The notes: a model not told the origin generated them from the sequence alone. Positions 13,237 to 27,459 are shown, numbered from the stretch's first letter. The stretch is 64,000 nucleotides of DNA from Felis catus (GCF_018350175.1 NC_058368.1:56050001-56114000); one strand, 5' to 3'. Numbers and translations: made by a program.

Positions 13237-15045
13237 ATAGGCAGCATTAATTTTAAATTATTATGCCTTTTCTCAATCATCCCACTACATAGGAACTGAT
13301 GATGGCTTGGCTTATTTACAGCCTAGTGACCCACTCAAAACAAAAACAAAAACAAAAACAAACAAAAAAAGAAAACAACAAACCAAACCAAAACAAAAAA
13401 ACAGGTGATTAGAGCTCATTCATCAAATTTTAATTCAAGATGATCAATAAGTATATTACACAACTATTGTGAAAATTCTAGACAGAATGACAGTAATCCT
13501 TCATTTTCTGCATTGATTATTTGCTGTGATCATTCTTAGTATATTATTCCTAAATACTCTCAAGATATCTCTGCCTTTACTTATGCATTATACTGGTAAA
13601 AATACCATTTCCAGAGCTAAATTGTAACTAGTGTTTATTTTCTCTCCCTTAAAGTCAAGTGCAAAGTAACTTACTTCTGTTAATGAAACTATGAAGGACA
13701 CATAATTTGCTGCCCAAATTAAAACAACACAACACAAAACAAAACAAAACACTTTAAAAAACACAGAAAAACAAAAAATATTTAATTGAAACATTCCATA
13801 TACAAAACTTGAATTGATTGGTTTTCTTTCCTAAGAGAACAATAATTTATTTTAAAATTGCAGTTAAGAAATATAGTTGGCTATTTTCTCACCCAAAATT
13901 ATTTTAAAGAACATGGTAATGTACTTTCCTTAAGTGATTTTTTGTATGTATAAAGGAAAAACAAATTTTAATGACTAACAAACAGCATGAGGAGCTGAAA
14001 CACAAATGGGAGAGAAACATACTTTGGAAGCTAGTATAGTTTATCAAGTAGGAGTAACAATAAATATAGAATTGTTGTAGGAGGAGAGCTCGGAACAGTT
14101 AAAGAAATATGAGTTAGGATTTTCAAAATAAAAACGAATAACATGCATTTGAAATATTTAAATTACCAAAGAAGGATAAACACATTTGGTTTTACTTTTT
14201 TTGAATGAGGACAAATTTTGATAACATCTGTTCTTTTTCTGACATTAACAGTTTTCTTTTTTCCTAATGTGCAAAGGATCTTATTTGGTATTGTGAGTCA
14301 GTGATATTAAAAAAAGTCCTTGAAATTTTCTCTTTTTCCTTTTCCTCCTGTTCTTTTTATTTTAATCTCTGTCTCTATCCCTCCCTTCCTCTCCATCTCT
14401 GCTCCTCTCTCCCCTCTCGTCAGTGGTATAAAACACTTTGTTTTTATAACTTTAAGCATTATTCCAAATGTTGGATAGCATTAAATGTTTCTTAATGACT
14501 TACACATTAAATCTGATTATTGTTAGATTACTTAATTACTTTAAGTAATACTAAGAAGTAATATTTTTAGTTTTTAATGTGTATTTTGACTTAAACTGAT
14601 TGGATTAGTCTTATAAAAACATAATGAAAAACAAAAAGTTCTACTTTTTTGAATATGCAGATTGCCTGCTTTATTTTTTCACTTTTATTTAAATATCTGT
14701 AGAAGTGTATCTTGTAGTTTTACAGACATGAATTTAATAAAGTACACATGAACATCATTTATAAAACAACAGAAGATATGACTCCCATGGCAATTTGCTA
14801 AACTCAATAGTATCACCTTTATTTTTTTCTTCTTCTAGTCTTTGATTTTTGAATTAAAATATTCATTTAACACAAAAATACTTATTCAGGGCCCCCATAT
14901 ATAAATAGATGTTTTGTCCTATTTTAAAATAATATTTTGAAAATATTTTAACAGGTGTATCTATTTTAAAATCAATGGTCTTTTCAAATATGTATTTTTT
15001 TTTGCTACATTAAATAGGATTTTTTTCTGTGGTAAATAGCATTTT

Positions 15046-15262
15046 TTTATTAAAAACATTTTTTAATGTTTATTTATTTTTGAGACAGAGACAGAGTGTG
15101 AGTGGGGAAGGGGCAGAGAGAGAGGGAGACACAGAATCGGAAGCAGGCTCCAGGCTCCGAGCTGTCAGCACAGAGCCCAACACGGGGCTTGAACTCACAA
15201 ACTGTGAGATCATGACCAGAGCCAAAGTCGGACACCCACCGAACTGAGCCATCCAGGCGCTC
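15046..15262 (-). mobile_element. Can-SINE
   Basis: Reverse SINE; TSD ggtaaatagcatttt on both sides. Confidence 0.95.
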
Positions 15263-15391
15263 AGTAGGTAAATAGCATTTTAAATATCAGAAGTGATATA
15301 AAAACAAAAACAAAAACAAAAAAACTACCAGAACTCTTATTAAGGTTATTGGAAATCTGACGTTGTTTTTCGTACTATTCTACGTCATCTA

Positions 15392-15628
15392 TTTTTTAAA
15401 TATTTATTTTGAAAGACAGAGAGACCCAGAGAGACATAGAGAGCATGTGTAAGAGCAGAGGAGGGGCAGAGAGAAGGGAGAAAGAAAATCCCAAGCAGTC
15501 TCCTCAGTGTCAGCCCAGAGTCCTGTTTGGGGCTTAATCTCATGAACTGCCAGATCATGATCTGAGATCATGACCCGAGCCAAAATCAAGAGTCAGCTAT
15601 TTAACCTACTGAGCCACCCAGGAGCCCC
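15392..15628 (-). mobile_element. Can-SINE
   Basis: Reverse SINE with a small internal duplication (agatcatga twice). Confidence 0.92.
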
Positions 15629-16920
15629 CATAACTCTTTTTTTAAATAAATGTATAATTACATGATCCTAAATACATAAAAATATCTTTAAAATTTGGAG
15701 ACAAACATGATTTTTATTAAAATATCATAAAAATTAATATGTCCATAATAAAAAACACTCAATAAAATAATTTTTAGATTATTTATTTATAATTAGTTAT
15801 AATATAAATACTATAATTTGGTCAAAATAATGACAAAAATGCTGGGTTATTATTTGTTTTATAATACTGTGTTGAGTCTACATACACAAACTTATTTTAC
15901 CTCTCCAAACTCCTTAAGAAGGTTGTATTTCTTATAATTTCATAGAATTAAAAAAAAAGTCCCACTGAAAAATGCAGATGATTTATAAGATAGATATAAA
16001 ACCAACTTGTTTGAAAACTCAGAATACCATGAAAGCAGCCATATTTTGAGGGGCCTGCATCCTGAACTATAGGGCAGTTCCATAAAACTCCTCATAAAAC
16101 TATGCAAAAAATTGGTGAGACAGATGGAGAAAAATATTCATGAATTTCAAAGAAGTCACATGCTTGACTTTTGATATAATTATGATCTAAAAACAATTGT
16201 CATCTTATATGCTGAAATAAGAAAACTGCCAACTTAGAATTACCAGCCTTTGACAGTCGGATAAAATATCTTACAAACATAAAGAGAAATTAATTTTTCT
16301 TTATTTATATTCTAACACATATGAAAGTGTGTTGTTCAGAAATAAGAAATGTTCCTTTGAATAGACCATAAATTCAATAAAATGAAAATGAAATTAATGT
16401 GAAAAAATGAAATTTAAAAAAGGCAATGAGAATATTTTAGTAAATTTAAATGAATATTGATCAATATAGTAATACTAAAGTATATATTATATGACTAAAT
16501 ATGTTTGTCAAATAAAAATGCAAGGTTAAAATAGTCTTTTATGGCAGAAGAAAGGTGATATGAAATAAAGTGCTCTATTTTAATAGAAGTAACAGATAAA
16601 GACCTCTAAGTCTGATAGAACCGTAAAGTGACAAAAATCCACAATTATATTGCAGGCTACTAACAAACATATATAATAACTGATGGAGCAATAGTTAAAA
16701 AAAAGTAAATGTATAGGAAATAAGAACAAGGTGCCCATAATTATGAAATGATAATCATTTTCAAGGGCATATGGAATACCTACCCAAGTTGATCATATGT
16801 TTATCCATCAAGTAATATCAATAAATTTCAAAGTACTTATATCAATGAATATATGTTCTTTAATGATAGTGGGACTGAGCTAGATATCAATCAATAAAAA
16901 AATTAAATTAAGTAAATCCT

Positions 16921-17136
16921 GGGGCACCTGGGTGGCTCAGTCGGTTGGGCGCCCGACTTCAGCTCAGGTCATGATCTCTGGATTCATGAGTTTGAGCCCG
17001 TGTCGGCCTCTGTGCTGACAGCTCGGAGCCTGGAGCCTGCTTTTGATTCTGTGTCTCTCCCTCTCTCTGCCCCTCCCATGCTCATGCTCTGTGTCTCTCT
17101 GTCTCTCAATAATAAATAAATGTTAAAAAAATAATA
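16921..17136 (+). mobile_element. Can-SINE
   Basis: Canonical head; TSD taagtaaatcct on both sides. Confidence 0.95.
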
Positions 17137-17721
17137 AAATAAGTAAATCCTCTCCGGAAATAATCACCTAAAATATTCCATAGGTAAAAAATAAATGGCA
17201 CTTAAATTAAAAAACAAACTGAGTGATGATTAAGATATGCCATGTAAAAATTGTAGGAACCACCTAAAGCCATACAGAGAGTGATTTTTAAATTTAAATG
17301 TAGATTGAAGAAAATAAACCCTGAAAATCAATGGTCTAAAAATATAGTTTTTGAAGTTAAAAAATATATTAAATTCAAAGAAAAGTAATGAGTATGTTAC
17401 TATATATAAGGGAAGAAATTAATGTGATTTAATGCTGATATACAATAGAGAAAAAAACCTAACTGTTGGTTTTCTGAAGACTAGTGTGATTAATAAACCA
17501 CTGTGAAATTCATCAAGGAAAATAAAAAAAACATAGAAGACACAAAGATCAATATCAGAAATGAAAATTTGATATCACTTTAGATAAGAATAAATTTGAA
17601 AATCAACAAAACATACAAAGTACTGTAAGAGCACAACCTATGAAGCAGACATAAGAAGCAGAAAAAATAAGCAGTTGCAGAATCATTGAAGAATTTAAAT
17701 CCTATAAAGAGTAAAAATTCT

Positions 17722-17932
17722 GGGGCACCTGAGAGGCTCATGTGGTTAAGCAGTGAACTCTTGGTTTCAGCTCAGGTCATGTCCTCAGTAGCTCATGGGT
17801 TTGAGACCCACGTGGGGCTCTGCACTGATGGTGTGGAGCTTACTTGGGATTCTCTGTCTCCCCTTCTTTTTGCTCCCATTCTGTGCTCCTCTCTCTCTCA
17901 CTCTATCTCTCAAAATAAATAAGTAAATTTAA
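17722..17932 (+). mobile_element. Can-SINE
   Basis: Diverged head and body; degenerate TSD aagagtaaaaattc/aaaagtaaaacttc. Confidence 0.92.
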
Positions 17933-18152
17933 AAAAAGTAAAACTTCCATGGCCTCAGGCCTCACTATTTAATTCTTCCATACAATTATAGAATAAATTA
18001 TATCAGTATTATGCAAATACTGCATAATTTGTTTTATGAGGTCATAGGATCTACATACTAGAGCCTGACAGGACCATTATAAGAAAGGCAAATTGAAGGC
18101 CAATATCTCTTTGCATATTGATGCAGATAATAAACACTCGCACGTGCGCGCG

Positions 18153-18187
<35 letters not shown>

Positions 18188-21100
18188 CTATAACTTGATT
18201 TATAAAAAAGAAGACATCAATACCATGTGCATTCATATCAGGGCTAAAATTTTAATTCAACATTTGTATCAATCAATGTTTTCTATGAAGTTCATGTAAT
18301 ATAGAACTTATGTTCATTGGATGTAAGAGGTGGTAAGAACCCTTAGCAAGCTAGAAGAAGATAACCTCTTTACACAATAAAGGTAGTTTCAAATGATCTC
18401 TGGCAAAACTCAGGCTGAGGGTGAAATATTGAAAGCTTGAGAGTCAGACTGAGGAGTCAATACATACTCTCACAATGTGTATTCAACATTGTAATAGAGA
18501 CCTGGATCTGTTTAAGATATGGAAAAGAAAGTAAAGTTATAAACATTTAAATATGATTAAGTAAAATTGCTTTTATTCGTAGATAAAATAAGAGAGTGCA
18601 TTAATACAAAAGCTGCACAGATACAGATTTAGCAAGGTCACAGGAATATTAGGCAAATATGCAAATATAATTTGTATTACCATACTCCAGCCCAAAAGAG
18701 AATAGGAATTAAAGAATATCATTTATGATAATATCAAAAACATCAAATGCATAGGAATAATTTTATAGTAGATGTGCAAAATAAGTCAACAATACACTCA
18801 CTATAAACCATGATTAAAAAAAATGAAGACAATCTCTTTATTGGAACAATATGCCATGCTCATATACTGGAAGAAGTTAACATTTAAAGGTGTCAGTTAA
18901 GTTGATCCATACAGCTGTAATAGGATTCAAGACAATCCTAATAAAAAATGCTGGTTATTTTGAGAGGGATTAAAATATCTTTCTAGAAATTATATAGAAA
19001 TTCAGATAGCTAGAAATAATGCTTGCAGATGGAAAACAAAGTAGAGGGTCTTTAATATATATTAAGACTTATTACACCACATTAATTAAAGATAATGTTA
19101 AGTGAGAAGCCTGATGTAAAATTCTCCATGCTCTGTGGTATCTATATACCAAGTTCAATGTTGGGAAAAATCAGTCTAATGTGCCATAAGCCATTATAGT
19201 GACTACATTGTGGGAAGAGGGGATTAATAATGGTTTTTCAGGGGCCTGAGGTGGCTACTAGGATGCTGCTAATCTTCCATTTCTCTACCTGAATCATGGT
19301 TATATCAATGAGTTCACATTATGGATATACACTTATCCAAGTACTTATGATTTTTGCATTTTTCCATAGGTATATTATACTTCAGTAAACATCTATTTTA
19401 AAATGTGTATTAGATATGTCTGACTGAATTCACTTTACACATGCGAAAACTGAATCAAGCTAAATAACTTTGCAAGTTTACGGTTTATCACTGTCAAGTC
19501 TAGCATTCAATTACTTCAATTCCATCCAGTGTCTGTGTTCTTACACAAAAATTATACTTTCTCTGGTGAAAACCTGAAGCTTTTTAAATGGAAAAAAAAA
19601 AGGAAATTAACTTACTTATTTGGTGAGAAAGAAGAGAAAGATTAGAATTACTGGAAAGCAGTAAATTCAAGAAAGAAAAAGTGGCATGTATATCCTTCAC
19701 TGATCCCCACGTTAAGTCTTTCATGATAAAGGCTGAGAAAACACATTTACAAAAGTTTCCGAAGTAAGATGATTGATGGATTTAACACTGACCTAATCTC
19801 AGAGCAGTTTGTTACTTTAGGCTAAGATGAAATTCTTTTGATTTTTCATACAAGAACATCATCATTTTTCTAAGTTTTCCATTCAATTGTGTGTGTGTGC
19901 ATGTGTGTGTGTGTGTGTATGTGTGTGTGAAGATAGTTTATAACCACTGAATATGGCTGTTAGTTTTACATGTTTATGATTATCTGTATTCTTGCTTACT
20001 GCCTGTCTATATTGGGTGGATTATTTTATGCAAAAGTTCGCTTGAAATAGTCTAAGTCTTTCACTTTTGTCAACAATTTTATCATAATAAAGATTCATTA
20101 CAATGTTTTCCTTAGATAAAAATGTATGTAGCTTTTTTTATACCACATTAAGTTAAAAAAGAAACACATGCTAAGAATATATATGTTTATAACTGACAAC
20201 TTCAAAACCTTAAATAAGTAAACAGAAAGTCATGATGAAAAACAGATCCAGTGACTCACAATTTGCTCTGTTTTACTATGAGTAGAATAGCTTTCTCAGA
20301 GGGTGGATATTAAGATCAGGGGGTGTTTTATACAAATTGCTACTTTTGATTCCTCCTACACACAGTGTGACTAAGTGGTGTTACCTTCCATACATTGGTT
20401 CTAAAAGAGCATAATGAATTAGTCTACTCAGTTAATGAGATGGTGTCCTCCTCCCACCTCCCCTTAAAGTTTTCCACATAAACTTAGGAAGAGCATCTAA
20501 AACTGATTTTGAGACTTAAATATCAACATTTATCAATATCTATCTATTATCAATAGAACACTGTAATGAAGATTAGAGGGTTCCAATTCTACTAGTAGCC
20601 CAAGATTATTTGTTTGACCTTGAATAGAATATATTAATAATGAGAATGATACAAATAACATCTAAATTGATGTGCTTTTTAATGCAGTGCTTATTTGTTT
20701 TAAAATTAGATGTACCATCTCTTGGGAATTTACTTTTGTCAAACCATCTCCTCCAGACATGAATTATTTGGAAATGAATAAGAGATACTATTTTCTCTTC
20801 CTAGGAGGTAAATCTGGGAAGCCTTTGTTAAGACTTCTTCTCTCCTTCCTCATGATACCAGATCTTCAAAAGAAACTATGGCAATGGATGAGGGTTAAAA
20901 TTTAGATTACTTCCAAACAAGGCTTTCAATTTAGAAATCTACGGTAATACAGACATTTTAACATATTATCCCAGAGGTTTTGGGATGGTGTAAATTGATG
21001 ATTAGGTAATTGAAACTGATCAATAGATAAGAATTAGAAAGGATATCTGGAACTTCTGGATAAGATTTGTAATACTGTTTTGGACCTACAAAAGGAAAGA

Positions 21101-21292
21101 TTAATACATCCCACCTTTTTTGTCAGAAACACAAATTCTCACCTCAAGTAACTTAGAAGTGCCAGATGTGTTTTTCCTTAATAAATGACACTTTAATAAT
21201 TGGATATGATTCCATTCTATCAATATTCCAATATATTGGCCATTTATTTAATGTTTATTGGATATCTGCATTATTTTCCATTCCACCATTAT

Positions 21293-21331
21293 AGATAGAT
21301 GGTACATAGATAGATAGATAGATAGACAGAT
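21293..21331. repeat. (GATA)n microsatellite, interrupted
   Basis: Visible directly. Confidence 0.85.
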
Positions 21332-22003
21332 ATAATTAACATCTTTGTACATATTTTCTCAGCAGAACTGATTAAATAATGAAATGATATAGAAAAAGGG
21401 GTTTTTAACATTTTTCATCTCTAATTTCGCTAAAGAACAATATATTAGACAAATTATAAATGTTTTAAATGGCAGAAGTAAAATTTAAAACTAAATATAA
21501 TATTTACAGTAGCAGATGAGAATAGAGTGATTTGAAATAAACTCAATACCAGTATGTGTCAGTTTTCCTTATTATACAATAAGTGACTTTACTGAAAATA
21601 AATACGTAAAGATTAGTGATCATTATTTTATCCATCATGGTATAATTTCCATTTCTACTTAATAGAGGTACTGTAGTAACTTGCAGAAAATTTTTCCAAT
21701 AATTTTTGACATTTAAAATTTTATTTGCATTTTTAATGTTCTTTATTAAATACCATGAAGCATCCAAAAATATATTAATATAACAAATCTAATAATTTCC
21801 TGAGGCAAGTAAAATTCATACTATCTCCCAATCAATGACATGTTTTTCTCTTTTAAACTTAATGTGACCATATGCCTTACATTTTTCATAATATTGCCAT
21901 TGCTATCTATTTAATAATTAGACATTGATGAGAGTGTGCTTTCAGTTTTATAATTCTGACACAATCCAATTGTAAAGAAGACAACAAAGTTAAAAGAGGT
22001 TAT

Positions 22004-23725
22004 TCCATTTCATGATGGCAACATAGGAAGATCATGAACTCACCTGCTCCCATGGACAAACTGTCTACAGCTATATATGGAACAATTTCCTGTTAAAAAA
22101 AAAAAAAAAGACTGGCTGAGTGATGACTACCTATTGGACAGATGAGAAGAAAACCACGTCACAGTGGGTAAGAGAAACTGGGCACAATCTTGCAATAAAA
22201 CAACTCCCAGTATTGGCCTACAACTGGGAGAAAACTCAAAACCTGAAGCTTCTCCTCAAGGAGCAAAGGATTCAAACCTTAGGTCAGGCACCTCAACTTT
22301 TAAGACCTGCCCCTGAGAGATGAGCTTCCCTCCCAACATTTCACTTTGAAAACCAATAGAGCTCATGTCCCGAGACCTACAAGATGGTAGCATTCAGAGA
22401 GCCAGCTCTTAAAGCCCCTCTCTTCCACCCCTACACCTAACACACACACTCACACTTACCCACCCCAGGGCCCAGTTCAGAGGTAGCTGATCATGTCTAG
22501 ATTTACAGTGAAGGAGGCTCATTTGCTTGTATTAAAGTGTCAGCCTGAAGGTTGGGCATCTAATTTGGTATACACATCTGGGAGCCTGTTCCAACACTCA
22601 CTGAGGGTGCAAACTAGCAGGTGCCATCTTTGCACTCTGTCTTTGCCATGTTTCAGAACACCAGTATCTTTCAGAAGGAATATTTTACATGCATCTGGTG
22701 CCTCAGTCTTTGTGGCTGCCGCCCAGGAGACACTCATGGCTGCCTGGCTCTGAAGGCTAGGGGAGCTTTTGTTCCTTGTCCCATGGGATTGTAATAATGG
22801 GTATCACCCAGAAAGGAGCTCATACCCATCTGGCAATTTTTGTGGCTACTGCCAAGGGACAACTCTACATCACCTGGCTCTGGCAGCCAGTGGAGTCTAT
22901 GCTTGTAGGTACCAGAGGACTGTAACCAACAGACAAAGATCTCTTTAATATCTAGCACCCTCCCCTCCCCCCACAGAGTGCAGCAAGAGGCCACAGACCA
23001 AGTAGTTTAGTCTTTCCGTGAAGGAGACTTATTAGTTAATCACCATGGCTGTGACCTGAGGGCCAAGCTTCTAATTAAACACACATCTAGGAGCTGACTG
23101 TAATCCTCTCCAGAGACCCCAGAGAGTAGACCTTGTTTTCCCACTCTTCTTTCACCTTGCTCCAGAGCACCATTGTCTCCTGGAGGAAAATTTTACAGGC
23201 AGCTGCTTTTTTTATTTTAATCTGGTGCCCGAGGTTTTTTTTTCAGTTGCTACCCGAGGGATGCCCCTTGCCTGTGTACCTAGCTATGGTGACTAGAGAA
23301 GGTTGCATTCCTGAGTCCTATAGGACTGTGGCAATCAAAGAAGTGGTTCTTGGAAGGCTTCCACTCCCAGAGCACTGCGTAGACAGCAGACTGAAGCACA
23401 CACCTGTCTTTCTGTGTAGGAGGCCTCTTGGCTTATTCTGGACTTTTTGACTGAGTCGGGCTTCAGGTTTGGCACACATATAGTGGCCTACAGAGTTTTT
23501 CTGAAGGAGTGTAGGCTGTGGACACCATCTTGGCATGCTCTCTGCCTTGCTTTGGCTTGCTGATATCTCCCAGAAAAAAACATCCACTAAGCTCTGGTTT
23601 TGTCATTGCTACCCAAGGAACACTGCCAGATTGCCTGGAAGGCAAGGCTTATACTTACTGTCCCACAGCACTATATATATATTTGCATGCTTTTAAAAGT
23701 GCTGCCTGAGAGTCTGGATATTGGA
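22004..23725 (+). mobile_element. Orphan 5'UTR of an older L1 with internal diverged repeats
   Basis: Starts ttccatttcatgatggc (YY1-like L1 start); moderately GC-rich; repeated subunit gtgaaggag...ctga...cacacat; no ORF1 follows. Confidence 0.6.
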
Positions 23726-24559
23726 GCTAAAGTAAGCATTTCTATAATAACTTCAATCTTTCACCATTAAATGATCTGTGCACATAATTCTTCTTGCACA
23801 AAGAACTTACATATACTTCCTGAAAGAAAACTCAACTATATGTACTTCAAACTCTATGACTTCGTGGTTCTACATGATCCTCCCCATATTATTTAGAAAG
23901 AAAAAATAGATAACTTATACACACATATATGCATAACATGTTCACACAAATATATTCACACAAATTATTCACACATGTAGGCATAAAGGGCTTTCACAGG
24001 TCAACATAGATAATATATTATAAGCTGAATTGTATAATTTATTAGAAAGAAACCTAGGCAAGTTAACTGCCTACAAAATAACCGGTGATTTGAGATATAT
24101 CTAATAACATGAACCTGGATGGAAAAGGAACATCTTCCAATCCGCCAGGCCAAGGTCTTTGCATTGCAACATCAGAATTGTCAAACTAACATTGTCAAAT
24201 TGAAAATAACACTCATTGCTAACTTCTTTTGGATTCTCTAACCCCAGGACTCCGAAAGGCTAGACTCTCAGAAATCGCAGCTAATAGGTAACAGGCAGAG
24301 AAATTCTCCTTTATTTGGACTTTAAGCTATCCCTTTCCCTGCTCACATTCTGGAGAGGTGTAGCCCAAACTTCTCTCTTTCAGAGAGTTAAGCTAAAAGA
24401 GGCAAAATGCAGCCAATGTATAAGCATTAAACATTTTTCTATAATTTTCCCATAACAATAGCTTTGGTTGAAATATATTCTGGCTCTTATAATGGAACAA
24501 GTAAAACAAGTCATTTTTCCATGCATATGTTTTCTTTTGTTTCTGTTTTGTTTTGTTTT

Positions 24560-25330
24560 AGCTCATAAAAAGAATCATCAGTTTTCCTGTCCAGTATCTC
24601 CAACTCTTTGCTGCCTGTAGACTTCCCACTTCTGTTAAGCCAATGCCAAAATTTTCAGGTTTTGTTATATGCAACAATCTTTCAGATACAAAGTTTTCTG
24701 TTGGCAGAAATTAAGTTGAACTGACCATGACACAAAATACAAAATGTTATATAGAAGTGTATTTATTTCTAGCATAAAAACTGTATGAGTAGTCTAAAGC
24801 ACCAAGATTGTCAAAGAAAAAGGCTTATTCTGTGTTGTTCCCAACCAAGCTCAACTGTGACTTTTGACTCCTTGCCCAAGATTGTTCTTTAATCCCAAAA
24901 TATCATGTCTATATCCCAAATAATAGGAATGAGGATGTAAAATAAAAAAAACTAAGGGACAGCCTCACCTCAAGGTCTGCACTCACAAAGCAGAGCCTGC
25001 TTGGGATTTTCTCTGCCCCTCACCTGCTGGTGTGTGCCTTTTCTCTCTCTCCGTCTCTCTCTCTCTCAAAATAAATAAATAAACTTCAAAAAAAGTAAGT
25101 GACCAAATGGAACATACCAGATATTCTTAGGAAAGTTTCCCTAAGTAATATTTCTATATCATTAACTGAAATTTCACTCTGTGGACTGAGATGACACAAA
25201 GGAGGACTGGAAATGATTCATTAGTCCAGCTATTCGTGTGGCCATATGATATTTAGGCCATATGATATTTAGAGTTTTTGTTGCAATGGAATAAGAAGGA
25301 ATAGATACTAGTGATTGAAAAATAGCCTTT
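24560..25330 (-). mobile_element. MaLR internal-LTR junction and MLT1-type LTR, with a SINE inserted
   Basis: tgccaaaattttcaggttttgttatatgcaac resembles the MaLR internal 5' end next to an LTR; MLT1-like aaaggaggactggaaatg downstream. Confidence 0.45.
24961..25090 (+). mobile_element. 5'-truncated Can-SINE
   Basis: Only the 3' half (gagcctgcttgggatt, CT tract, AATAAA tail); TSD aaaactaagggac/aaaagtaagtgac. Confidence 0.85.
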
Positions 25331-25686
25331 GAAGAAATGAACAACGTAATAGTATGGAGATAAGATATGGTTTCCGACTTAAGAATGAGTGTACTTGTTG
25401 TGGGTGAGGTAGTAGTAACCTATCTAATCTTGGCTGGTCCTAAATAGTGCTCAGCCTTTCTGTCACATCTAACTGCCTTCCCACCAATAATTCTGGTTTT
25501 TAATACCATTCACACAGAAAAATACATAAAATATATGTTGGAGTGCTCCCTTAACTGCAAAATAAAGCAGTGGGATTAGATCGCCTATAAATTATTCTTT
25601 TACTATCCTATGAATTTCTTTTCTAGAAGTAATGTACTTCTGTTATTATTCTAATATTCACTAAGGATTTAGCAAATCAGAATACA

Positions 25687-25687
25687 G

Positions 25688-25725
<38 letters not shown>
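25687..25725. repeat. (GTT)n microsatellite
   Basis: Visible directly. Confidence 0.95.
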
Positions 25726-25726
<1 letters not shown>

Positions 25727-26079
25727 TATCTTTAACTAAATTACACACTAGTTGACCCTACCTGAAAGTTTTATGGGTTCAATAAATTTTTAATGAACAA
25801 ATGTCCATTATATTGTGTCTTCCTCTGGTCATAGCTAGACCAAGCCTCAGATAGAGTTTGGGTTACAAAATCCAGGATAGCATAGTTATTGTTGGACAGA
25901 GGGAAAACAGGTAATGTTAGTGGTACTGGACTCTTGAAAAAATCTGTTTTCATAGATGAGTTTCCAACCAATGATTTTTGGTAAAGTACACCTAGAAAAT
26001 ATGAGAGAAAAATAGGTCAAGGAAGAATTGGACTTTCTATGAAGGACAGTAAAAGTAAATTTAAAACTAAATGATAATA

Positions 26080-26285
26080 GGGGTCTGTGGGTGGCTCAGT
26101 CAGTTAAGCATCTGACGACTTCAGCTCAGGTCATGATCTTACAGTTTGTGGGTTCAAGCCTGTCAGGCTCTGTACTGACAGCGCGGAGCCAGGAGCCTGC
26201 TTCAGATTCTGGTCTCCCTTGCTCTCTGCCCCTCCCCCACTTGTGCTCTGTCTCTCTCTTTCTCTCTCAAAAATAAATAAACATT
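26080..26285 (+). mobile_element. Can-SINE joined directly to an L1 fragment
   Basis: SINE body ending aataaataaacatt, then L1 sequence with no poly(A). Confidence 0.92.
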
Positions 26286-27177
26286 ACAACTCAGGCGATG
26301 ACAGACGTTGGCAAGAAAGAGGAACCCTTTTGCACTGCTGGTGGGAATGCACACTGGTACAGCCACTGTGGAGAACAGTATGGAGGTTCCTCAGAGGATT
26401 AAAAATAGGACTACCCTATGACCCAGCAATTGCCCTACTAGGTATTTATCCAAAGGATACAGGTGTGCTGTTTTTAAGGGGCACATGCACCCCAATGTTT
26501 ATGGCAGTGCTATCAACAATAGCCAAAGTATGGAAAGAGCTCAAATGTCCATCAATAGATGAATGAATAAAGAAGATGTGGTTTATATATACAATGGCAT
26601 ATTACCTGGCAATTAAAAAGAATGAAATCTTGCCATTTGCAACAACATGGATGGAAGGAGAGCAAAATTAGTCAAGATAGACAAATATCATATGACTTCA
26701 GTCATATGTGGAATGTAAGATACAAAACAGATGAACAGAAGAAGGGAAGCAAAGATAATATAAAAACAGAGAGGGGGACAAAACATAAGAGACTCTTCCT
26801 TTTTATTTATTTATTTTTTTTATGTTGATTTAGTTTTGAGGGAGATAGAGCACAAGAATGGGAGGGGCAGGGAAAGAGGGAGACCCAGAATCTGAAACAG
26901 GCTCTGGGCTCTGAGCTGTCAGCACAGAGCCTGATATAGGGCTGGAACCCATGAACCATGAGATCATGACCTGAGCTGAAGTCGGATGCTTAACTGACTG
27001 AGCCACCCAGGCGCCCCATGAAACTCTTAAATATAAAGAACAAACTGAGGGTTGCTGGAGGAGTTGTGAGTGGGGGGATTGGCTCAATGGGCAAGGGGAA
27101 TTAAGGAAGACCCTTGTTGGCATGAGCACTGGTATTATATGTAGGGGATGAATCACTTTATTCTGCTCCTGAAATCA
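26286..27177 (+). mobile_element. L1 3' fragment (ORF2 C-terminus and 3'UTR) with nested SINE
   Basis: Translation [10 protein letters not shown]...[13 protein letters not shown]...CPSIDE, homologous to ~48650-49290 of the full-length L1. Confidence 0.93.
26798..27017 (-). mobile_element. Can-SINE nested in the L1 3'UTR
   Basis: Reverse SINE; degenerate TSD cataagagactctt/catgaaactctt; L1 3'UTR resumes afterwards. Confidence 0.95.
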
Positions 27178-27459
27178 AGGTAGTATAAGCAAATCCCCTT
27201 GGGTAGAGAAGGAAAATGCCTCTATGTCCTTTGGAGTATGAAGAAACATCTACAGTGAGCAGATAAGACAGGCTCCCAGTTAACCAAGTGAGGTTTTATC
27301 TTCCTTTAAAATGTATAAACATAAGGTCATCCGTTCTTGAGTCTCTTGACTTTTCAATCACCATTAACTTCCAAAGTTTATTTTTTAACCAAGATTTCAG
27401 GTTCCTTTGTTTAGAAAATCCTCACTGCAAAATCATAAAAATCTTTTCTCTATTATCTC

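Larger units (their letters stand above)
16600..19400 (+). mobile_element. Ancient L1M/L1ME ORF2 and 3' end, interrupted by two SINEs and a CA repeat
   Basis: Colinear decayed motifs: gatcatatg (DHM), aataaatttcaa, ttcaacattgtaatagag (FNIV.E), tttagcaaggtcacagga (FSKVTG), ccatgctca (PCS); L1ME-like 3'UTR at about 19100-19400. Confidence 0.75.

Noticed and set aside
20791..20948. Exon-like segment (ttttctcttcctAG ... acg/GTAATA)
   Set aside because: All three frames contain stops and there is no recognisable homology; a non-coding exon cannot be excluded without RNA-seq.
25240..25272. 16-bp tandem duplication ggccatatgatattta (similar ones near 37997 and 60694)
   Set aside because: Ordinary slippage micro-duplications.
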